Assembly (NCBI GenBank): GCA_017994425.1
Contig: JAGOKS010000001.1
Span: 1,294-65,293, forward strand
DNA: 64,000 nucleotides
Direction: 5' to 3'
From: Bacteroidales bacterium
Lineage (GTDB): Bacteria; Bacteroidota; Bacteroidia; Bacteroidales; WCHB1-69
Part shown: positions 49,208 to 56,623 of the stretch, one piece after another
Layout of the letters: each line of letters begins with the position of its first letter
Position numbering within the stretch: the first letter of the stretch is position 1
Notes under the pieces: model-generated
Seen by the model: only the letters and a program-made list of their open reading frames with translations
What the model was told of the DNA's origin: nothing
The model's database searches: none
Made by a program: the position numbers and the translations under genes

Positions 49208-49650
49208 AAAAAACAGTAATTATAATAGGACTTACAATCTGTGTATTTTATAGTAATCATGTGTCAACTCAAAACGACATTGGTTATAAATTAGGTTGTT
49301 TAAATTATTATACAAATAATGTTTTTGAGAAATTATTATCTATTATAGACACAACTACAAGAAAAAATTTAATTGAGAAAAGGGATTGTCCTTTTAATAT
49401 TCATATAATGTTGGATACTGTAACAGGGTATCCTATTGAAATTAATATTAAAGATAATTGCAGTATTTTGTCAGAAAAACAAAAGGAGAAGTTTAAAGAA
49501 ATTTTATTTAAAACCCAATTTGATTTTTGTCATGAAGAGCATGATGTTCCTGATAAGCTTGCCAAAAGTCTTTCTCCAGGTTCATTTGGTTTTTTAACAG
49601 GGAGTTTTAGTACTTGGTGGAATATAAAAGTATTATATGAAGAGAAATAG
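49204..49650 (+). CDS. Putative immunity protein for cassette D (exported)
   Basis: 148 aa. Its ATG overlaps the toxin stop (ATGA), and it has a signal peptide (MKKTVIIIGLTICVFYSNHVSTQ). Confidence 0.6.
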   Translation: MKKTVIIIGLTICVFYSNHVSTQNDIGYKLGCLNYYTNNVFEKLLSIIDTTTRKNLIEKRDCPFNIHIMLDTVTGYPIEINIKDNCSILSEKQKEKFKEILFKTQFDFCHEEHDVPDKLAKSLSPGSFGFLTGSFSTWWNIKVLYEEK

Positions 49651-49705
49651 GTAGTGTATCAAGTTAGGGCATAGAAAAATAAAGAATTAAAAGACAAAAG
49701 AATAA

Positions 49706-49914
49706 GAAAAAAACAAGGCTAAAGCAAAGCGATGAAGGATTATGTAGCTAATAATTTCAAGGCAACATACTCGCAATATGCTATGGAGCAAAGTCTCCCC
49801 ATTTGGGGAGATTTAGAGGGGTGGAGCAGAGAAACGATGTTTGAAAAATATCCTTCCATTTCACCGTATACTTATTGTGCGAATAATCCGATGAAGTTTG
49901 TAGACCCAACGGGG
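49706..49914 (+). repeat. Conserved cassette-head homology block, cassette E
   Basis: Same block; it contains the intact palindrome. Confidence 0.8.
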
Positions 49915-50124
49915 GAAGATTGGTATGAAGCCGAAGATGGAAAGGTTACATGGACAGATTGTACAAACAAAAAAGATTTTACAGCATCTGGTATAAAAGG
50001 AACATATTTAGGAAAAACACATAAAGCAGATGGAAAATATTACAGTCTGTTTGGGCAAACAATGAATGCCAATTCAAAACAACTCAAAATCAAAAAAAAA
50101 TTGATGTATTGGAGTATGAAATAA
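49732..50124 (+). CDS. Rhs-tip cassette E: short (130 aa) variable tail, no cognate immunity ORF
   Basis: Head MKDYVANNFKATYSQYAMEQSLPIWGDLEGWS..FEKYPSISPYTYCANNPMKFVDPTGE, with only ~65 aa of variable tail. The next gene is convergent rlmN. Confidence 0.6.
   Translation: MKDYVANNFKATYSQYAMEQSLPIWGDLEGWSRETMFEKYPSISPYTYCANNPMKFVDPTGEDWYEAEDGKVTWTDCTNKKDFTASGIKGTYLGKTHKADGKYYSLFGQTMNANSKQLKIKKKLMYWSMK
49791..49824 (+). repeat. 34-bp element in coding orientation (aagtctccccatttggggagatttagaggggtgg)
   Basis: It encodes SLPIWGDLEGW and contains the palindrome tctcccca-tt-tggggaga. Confidence 0.9.
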
Positions 50125-50197
50125 GGTAATTAAAATAAGTTATAACCGGTCAACCTTATTTAGGCATTAACACTTTTCACTATTCACTCTTCACTTT

Positions 50198-51247
50198 TCA
50201 GCCTTTCTCGTTGGCTAATTGTCCGCAGGCGGCGGCAATATCTTTTCCTTTGCTGAGGCGGAGATTCACAATCAGATTTTTGCTTTCAAGCAGTTCCATA
50301 AAAAGTCTCAGGTTTTGTTTGTTGCTGCTTTTAAAGTCGGCATAGGGATGGGGGTTGTATTCGATAAGGTTTATTTTAACCGGAAACCGTTTGCAAAAAA
50401 CAGCCAGTTTACGGGCATGCTCAGCCGTATCGTTAACGGCATGGAGTAAAAGATACTCGATAGAGATGCGTAATCCTGTTTTTTGATAGTAATAAGCAAG
50501 GGCATTGGAAAGTTGAGTAAGGGAATTTGTTTGGGTAATGGGCATGAGTTCCGCCCGTTGGCTATTGTCGGCGCTATGTAGTGAGAGTGCCAGATGCACT
50601 TTTATTCCGTCGTCGGCTAAGCGGCGTATTCCGTTGCCAATGCCGGAAGTTGAGAGGGTAATCCTGTCTTTCGACATTGCCAGGCCCTTGGCTGAAGTAA
50701 TATAATTGATTGCCTGTATCACATTCTCGTAATTCAGCAGAGGTTCGCCCATCCCCATCCATACAATATTGGTAAGAGGATGCCCGAAAAGCTGTTTGCT
50801 TTCTTCGTTGGCAATAAACACTTGTTCGTACATTTCATGGGCAAGCAGGTTGCGTGTAAATCCCAGCTTGGCAGTAGCACAAAAGCGGCATCCCAGTCCG
50901 CAGCCTACCTGAGAGGAAACACAAACGGTAGTGCGGTTTTTCGAGGGTATCAATACCATTTCTATCACTTGAGCATCGGCTAATTTCAACGCATATTTCA
51001 GGCTGCCGTCGCTGCTTTGTTGGCGTTCGTCTATGCTAATTTTTTGCAGGAAGAAATTCTCTTTAAGGGCTTGTCGCAAAGGAAGGGGAATGTTAATCAT
51101 ATCGTCGAAAGCAGCGACATTTTTCTTCCACAACCATTCGGAAATTTGTTTTGCCCGAAAGGCTTTTTCAACATGAGCAACTACCCAAGCGGATAGTTGC
51201 TCATCGTTTAATGTTCTGATATCGTCTTTGGGAGTATTCCCATCCAT
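50198..51247 (-). CDS. rlmN: 23S rRNA/tRNA (adenine-C2)-methyltransferase, radical SAM
   Basis: 349 aa. CGLGCRFCAT CxxxCxxC motif and MGMGEPL. Confidence 0.9.
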   Translation of the reverse strand: MDGNTPKDDIRTLNDEQLSAWVVAHVEKAFRAKQISEWLWKKNVAAFDDMINIPLPLRQALKENFFLQKISIDERQQSSDGSLKYALKLADAQVIEMVLIPSKNRTTVCVSSQVGCGLGCRFCATAKLGFTRNLLAHEMYEQVFIANEESKQLFGHPLTNIVWMGMGEPLLNYENVIQAINYITSAKGLAMSKDRITLSTSGIGNGIRRLADDGIKVHLALSLHSADNSQRAELMPITQTNSLTQLSNALAYYYQKTGLRISIEYLLLHAVNDTAEHARKLAVFCKRFPVKINLIEYNPHPYADFKSSNKQNLRLFMELLESKNLIVNLRLSKGKDIAAACGQLANEKG

Positions 51248-51248
51248 C

Positions 51249-52340
51249 TTATACTTTATAAAAAGGCATTTTTACCACAACGGCTTTCAAGGCTTTCTCT
51301 CTGATAATAACAAATATTTCTGTGCCTGCTTTGGCAAATTCGGCTTTGATTAAAGCAGTACCTATGGCTTTTTTAACCGAAGGACCTTGCGTGCCGGAGC
51401 AAACATGTCCTATGTTATTGCCTTTATCGTCGACAATTTCATAACCCTGACGAGGAATACCTCTGTCTATCATTTCAAAGCCTACAATTTTACGACTCAC
51501 GCCTTCTTGTTTTTGTTTCAGCAAGGCAGCTTTGTTGATAAAGTTTTTATGGTCAACAAATTTGGTTATCCAACCCAAACCGGCTTCAATGGGGGAAGTG
51601 GTGTCGTTTATTTCGTGACCGTATAAGCAGAAACCCATTTCCAGGCGGAGGGTATCGCGGGCACCCAAACCGATAGGCTTGATACCGTATTCTTTACCGG
51701 CTTCAAAAACGGCATCCCATATTTTGAAAGCATCGGCATTTTTAAAATAAATTTCACAGCCGCCGGAACCGGTATAACCCGTTGTCGACAAGAGCACATT
51801 GGGGATACCTGCAAAGGTAAGGTATTTAAATGTATAATACTCCATGTTCTCAATCGGCTCGGAGCAAAGTTTCTGCATGGCTTTCAATGCCAAAGGACCT
51901 TGTATCGCCAATTGTGATGTTTCGTCGGAAGCATTGTACAATTCAGCTCCGAATTTTTTATTTTGGCTTACCAGCCAATTCCAGTCTTTGTCGATGTTGG
52001 AAGCATTGACTACCAATAAATAATGATCTTCCTTGATACGATAGGTTAAAAAATCGTCCACAATACCGCCTGTTTCGTTGGGGAAACAGCAATATTGCAC
52101 TTTGCCGTCGGTCAATGCCGCCGTATCATTAGAAGACACCCATTGAACAAATTCCAATGCTTTCGGTCCTTTTACATATATCTCGCCCATGTGCGAAACA
52201 TCGAAAACACCTACTGCCTTGCGAACATGTTCATGTTCGATAACAAGACCTTCGTATTGCACAGGCATGTAAAAACCTGCAAATTCTACCATTTTACCAC
52301 CAATTTCTTCATGCTTTTTAGCATATACCGTATACTTCAT
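51249..52340 (-). CDS. gcvT: Glycine cleavage system aminomethyltransferase
   Basis: 363 aa. VFDVSHMGE and [12 protein letters not shown] motifs. Confidence 0.9.
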   Translation of the reverse strand: MKYTVYAKKHEEIGGKMVEFAGFYMPVQYEGLVIEHEHVRKAVGVFDVSHMGEIYVKGPKALEFVQWVSSNDTAALTDGKVQYCCFPNETGGIVDDFLTYRIKEDHYLLVVNASNIDKDWNWLVSQNKKFGAELYNASDETSQLAIQGPLALKAMQKLCSEPIENMEYYTFKYLTFAGIPNVLLSTTGYTGSGGCEIYFKNADAFKIWDAVFEAGKEYGIKPIGLGARDTLRLEMGFCLYGHEINDTTSPIEAGLGWITKFVDHKNFINKAALLKQKQEGVSRKIVGFEMIDRGIPRQGYEIVDDKGNNIGHVCSGTQGPSVKKAIGTALIKAEFAKAGTEIFVIIREKALKAVVVKMPFYKV

Positions 52341-52563
52341 AAATCTAATATTTAATTTGTTGTAAAATTATATACCCTCATTTTTTTATTTTGCAAACGT
52401 ACATAAATTTTGAATGCAAGTGACGTGTTTTCGCATTTTTATATTACTTCTACATACTATTTTATTTATTTTAAAACTATTTAAAATTTTTTTATGATTG
52501 CTTCGTTATAAAAAATACGTATAAAAAAAATCAATCTATCACTATAAAAATAATAATAAAAGA

Positions 52564-55470
52564 ATGAAAAAATTAGCACTTATTCTCTTTTTGTGTGCAG
52601 GTATAGCATACAATGCATTCAGTCAGAAAAACTACACCTATGAAACCGTGCCCAACGATCCGCTCAAAGCGCGTATTTACACTTTAGACAATGGTTTAAA
52701 AGTGTATATGTCAGTGAACCCCGATGAGCCGAAAATCAAAATTACCATTGCCACCAAGGCAGGGAGTAAATTAGACCCTGCTGAAACAACCGGTTTGGCT
52801 CACTATTTTGAGCATCTGATGTTTAAAGGCACTAAAAATTTCGGTACAACCAATTGGGCAGCCGAAGAACCCCTGTTAAACGAGATTGAACGTCTTTTTG
52901 AAGAATACCGTAAAATTGACGAATCCAAAGAAGCCGAACGCAATGCCATTTATGCAAAAATAGACAGCATTTCACAAATAGCCGCTTCTTATGCTATTCC
53001 CAACGAATACGATAAGCTTATGTCTATCATCGGCTCCAGTGGCACCAACGCCGGCACATGGGTCGACTTTACCAATTACTATGAAAACATCCCTTCCAAT
53101 CAGTTGGAAAACTTCTTGATAATCCAAGCCGACCGTTTTCAAAATCCGGCTATCCGTTTATTCCACACTGAATTGGAAACTATTTATGAAGAAAAAAACA
53201 TGACATTGACACAAGACGGACGCCGTGTGAATGCTGCTTTGATGGAAGCTCTTTTCCCCAACCACCCTTATGGCACGCAAACCACCATAGGCACCCAAAA
53301 AGATTTACGCAATCCTTCTATTACCAATGTTAAGAAATTTTTCTCTACCTATTATGTCCCTAACAATATGGCATTTATTTTAGCCGGCGATTTCAATCCT
53401 GAAGAAGCCATTGCTTTAATAGATAAATATTTCGGAGGCATGAAATCCTCTCCTCTTCCTGAGTTTACCTTCAAACCCGAAGAGCCGATTACCGCTCCCA
53501 TCGTTAAAGAAGTGGTAGGTAAAGAAGCTGAAAACATCCGATTAGCATGGCGTTTTAACAATCCCCGCTCCGAAGAAATACCGGTGTTGATATTGGCAGA
53601 AATGATACTTACTAACGGTAATGCCGGTTTAGTAGATTTAAACATTAACCAAAAACAACGTACCTTGGGAGCAGGTTCAGCACCGTCCATGTTGTATGAC
53701 TATACCTATATGATGATGTACGGCAGCCCCAAAGCCGGACAAAGCTTAGAAGAAGTGAGAGATATACTGCTTGAACAAATCGACTCCCTCCAACAGGGTG
53801 CTTTCCCCGAATGGTTGTTGCAAGCATGTATCAACGATTTACGCTTACGCGAAATCCAAGGCTACGAAAGCAATGAAGGACGTGCCGGCGCCCTTGAAGA
53901 AGCTTTTTACCTTGATATTCCTTGGGCTGACCAAGTAGTGTCTCTCGATCGTTTGGAAAAAATTACCAAACAAGAAATCATGGATTTTGCTAAGAAATAT
54001 TTACGCAGAGATAATTACGTTGTCATTTATAAACGCAAAGGCAAACCTACCGATATCGAAAAAGTGAAAAAACCTAAAGTTACCCCTATCAAAATTAACA
54101 GAGCGGATAAAAGTGATTTTGTTAAAATGATAGAAACCCGCAAAGTAAACCCTATCGAACCCGTATTTATCGATGTATCGAAAGTAGGATATCTCATGTT
54201 AGACGATTATACCAAAATGTTTCATACCAAGAATTATGACAATGAATTATTTGAATTGAATTATGTGTACGACATCGGCACCTATCATGACAAATATTTA
54301 AACTTAGCTTCTTCTTATTTGGAATATTTGGGAACCGATAAATTTACCCCCGAACAAATCAAGGAAGAATTCTATAAGTTAGGATGTACGTTCAGTATGT
54401 CGGCAGGCAGTAACCGCAGCTACATTACCATCTCCGGTTTATCGAAAAACATGGATGCCGCCATGCAATTGTTTGAAGATATTGTTAAAAATGCAAAACC
54501 AAACAAAGAAGCGTTGGATAATCTGGTAAGCGACATATTAAAATCACGAGAAAATGCAAAACAAAATCAAAATGCTATTTTCTCTTATTTGGTTACTTAC
54601 GGCATGTATGGGCAAAACTCTCCCGTATTTGCCAATCAGCTTTCCGAAACGGAATTAAAAGCACTTACGCCGGAACAAATGATAACCAAAATACAAGAAT
54701 GGATGACCTATAAACATTTTGTTATTTATTACGGTCCCGATAATTCGGCAATTGTTACCAAAAGTATCAAGGCACACCACAACCTCAACAACCTTAAAGA
54801 TGTACCGGCAGAAATACATTTTACCGAAGACGTACCTGCCAAAAACCGTGTTTTTGTTGTAAACTACGACTCTCCTCAAACAACTATGTTAAGTCTTTCT
54901 TTTGGAGATACCTACCAACGTATGCTCACTCCTAAAATAAGATTATACAATGAATATTTTGGTGGCAGCATGAATTCTATTGTCTTCCAGGAAATGCGTG
55001 AAGCCCGTGCATTGGCTTATACCGCTATGTCTCAATATACCTCTCCTTCAGATTTGAAAGCATTGCACCAGAATATTTCTTATATTGCCTGTGGTACCGA
55101 TAAATTAGCTCAAGCCATCACAACTTTTGATGAATTAATGAGCAATATGCCCGAGAATGAAGCTGCCTTTGCTATTGCCAAAGAATCGGCTATCAATAGC
55201 TATCGTACTGCCCGTATTACCAAAGACAGAATTGTTTGGACCTATCTGGCATGGGAAAAACTGGGATTGAAAGAAGACCCGCGCAAAGAAAATTTTGAAG
55301 GACTCTTCCCCCTCACGCTACAAGACATCAAACAATTCCAAAAAGAGTATGTAACCGGAAAACCCCGCACCTTTGTCATTCTTGGTAATACCAAAGAAAT
55401 GGATATGAAATATCTGAAAAAAATTGGCAAAGTGAAAGTGTTGACCTTAGAAGAAATATTCGGATATTAA
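52564..55470 (+). CDS. M16 family (insulinase-like) zinc peptidase
   Basis: 968 aa. Signal peptide and inverted zincin motif HYFEHLMFKG. Confidence 0.85.
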   Translation: MKKLALILFLCAGIAYNAFSQKNYTYETVPNDPLKARIYTLDNGLKVYMSVNPDEPKIKITIATKAGSKLDPAETTGLAHYFEHLMFKGTKNFGTTNWAAEEPLLNEIERLFEEYRKIDESKEAERNAIYAKIDSISQIAASYAIPNEYDKLMSIIGSSGTNAGTWVDFTNYYENIPSNQLENFLIIQADRFQNPAIRLFHTELETIYEEKNMTLTQDGRRVNAALMEALFPNHPYGTQTTIGTQKDLRNPSITNVKKFFSTYYVPNNMAFILAGDFNPEEAIALIDKYFGGMKSSPLPEFTFKPEEPITAPIVKEVVGKEAENIRLAWRFNNPRSEEIPVLILAEMILTNGNAGLVDLNINQKQRTLGAGSAPSMLYDYTYMMMYGSPKAGQSLEEVRDILLEQIDSLQQGAFPEWLLQACINDLRLREIQGYESNEGRAGALEEAFYLDIPWADQVVSLDRLEKITKQEIMDFAKKYLRRDNYVVIYKRKGKPTDIEKVKKPKVTPIKINRADKSDFVKMIETRKVNPIEPVFIDVSKVGYLMLDDYTKMFHTKNYDNELFELNYVYDIGTYHDKYLNLASSYLEYLGTDKFTPEQIKEEFYKLGCTFSMSAGSNRSYITISGLSKNMDAAMQLFEDIVKNAKPNKEALDNLVSDILKSRENAKQNQNAIFSYLVTYGMYGQNSPVFANQLSETELKALTPEQMITKIQEWMTYKHFVIYYGPDNSAIVTKSIKAHHNLNNLKDVPAEIHFTEDVPAKNRVFVVNYDSPQTTMLSLSFGDTYQRMLTPKIRLYNEYFGGSMNSIVFQEMREARALAYTAMSQYTSPSDLKALHQNISYIACGTDKLAQAITTFDELMSNMPENEAAFAIAKESAINSYRTARITKDRIVWTYLAWEKLGLKEDPRKENFEGLFPLTLQDIKQFQKEYVTGKPRTFVILGNTKEMDMKYLKKIGKVKVLTLEEIFGY

Positions 55471-55490
55471 TCGTTTAACACCCTTTCGCT

Positions 55491-55865
55491 ATGCTTTTGC
55501 AAGAAATAATGAAATCGCTGTATTATAAAAAAGAAGCTTACTTCCTGGATATGTTCGGGAAAGTAAAACACAACCAAACTACCCTCTACAGCGACCGCAA
55601 CAATTGTATTTCGGGAAAGCATATCGAACGTTGGCTGTTGATAAACGATCTATTAAATGTATCGGCTTTTTTGAATGAAGGTTGGACTCCCGACTGGGAA
55701 AATGCCGATGAAGCCAAATACATTATTAGCCTGGAGAAAAATAAGCTATCAAGCAAAAAGGTAAACACCCCTTGCAGCTTTACGTATTTTAAAAATCCGT
55801 CCTTAGCCACCACCGCTATAGAGGTGTTGGGAGAGAAACAGATAAAAGCAATACTGCTGGGGTAA
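55491..55865 (+). CDS. Hypothetical protein
   Basis: 124-aa ORF in the same orientation as the peptidase gene, with no recognisable motif. Confidence 0.5.
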   Translation: MLLQEIMKSLYYKKEAYFLDMFGKVKHNQTTLYSDRNNCISGKHIERWLLINDLLNVSAFLNEGWTPDWENADEAKYIISLEKNKLSSKKVNTPCSFTYFKNPSLATTAIEVLGEKQIKAILLG

Positions 55866-55885
55866 GGATTAACGATACCAAGTAA

Positions 55886-55916
55886 AAAGGAGGCTTTCGT
55901 TGCCTCCTTTTTTATT
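55886..55916 (+). terminator. Rho-independent terminator
   Basis: ggaggc (55889-55894) pairs with gcctcc (55902-55907), followed by ttttttatttt. Confidence 0.7.
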
Positions 55917-55934
55917 TTGCATGCAAATTATTAT

Positions 55935-55942
55935 TACTTTTG
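55935..55942 (+). promoter_or_regulatory. -7 box TAnnTTTG (tacttttg) for the FKBP gene
   Basis: 28 nt upstream of the ATG at 55970. Confidence 0.55.
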
Positions 55943-55969
55943 CAGACAATAATTAATAAAAAAAGATAA

Positions 55970-56569
55970 ATGACATTAGAAGAAAAAAGATCCTATGCCT
56001 TAGGTGCTGCCATAGGAAGTAATTATGCAACATCAGGTTTGAAATTTGATGCACAAGCACTAGCCAGAGGATTTAACGCAGTAGGTAATAGAGAAGCCTT
56101 GGAAATATCACCCGATGAAATTCAACGTTTGTTGCAAGATATGCAAACTGAAATAGAAAACAATTGCAATACGGATAGCAAAAAAGAAATGGAAAAAGGA
56201 GAAGCCTTCCTGGCTGAGAATAGGAAAAAAGAAGGAGTAGTCGAAACCGCCAGCGGCTTACAATATAAAATTATACGCCAAGGCAATGGCAAACAACCCA
56301 CCGCCGAGAATACGGTAGAAGTACATTATCACGGCACTTTAATCGACGGAACCGTTTTCGATTCTTCGGTAGTGAGAAAAAAAACTATTGAATTTCCATT
56401 AAATCAAGTCATCCCGGGATGGACAGAAGGGGTACAACTCATGAAAGAAGGAGCCAAATACGAATTTTATATTCCCTCTCATCTGGCTTATGGCGACCAA
56501 GGAGCAGGTAACCTCATTAAAGGAGGCGCGACGCTTATCTTCGAAGTGGAATTGTTTAAAGTGAAATAA
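55970..56569 (+). CDS. FKBP-type peptidyl-prolyl cis-trans isomerase
   Basis: 199 aa. VEVHYHGTLIDGTVFDSS and GGATLIFEVELF motifs. Confidence 0.9.
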   Translation: MTLEEKRSYALGAAIGSNYATSGLKFDAQALARGFNAVGNREALEISPDEIQRLLQDMQTEIENNCNTDSKKEMEKGEAFLAENRKKEGVVETASGLQYKIIRQGNGKQPTAENTVEVHYHGTLIDGTVFDSSVVRKKTIEFPLNQVIPGWTEGVQLMKEGAKYEFYIPSHLAYGDQGAGNLIKGGATLIFEVELFKVK

Positions 56570-56623
56570 TCTATATCCCCTAAGGGGACAACATACGCAA
56601 AGCAAATTAAATATTTTAACACT

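Noticed and set aside
56575-56590. Short hairpin tcccc-taa-gggga after the FKBP gene as a terminator
   Set aside because: The stem is only 5 bp with no T-tract, and the next gene starts 34 nt later in the same orientation. Evidence is insufficient.
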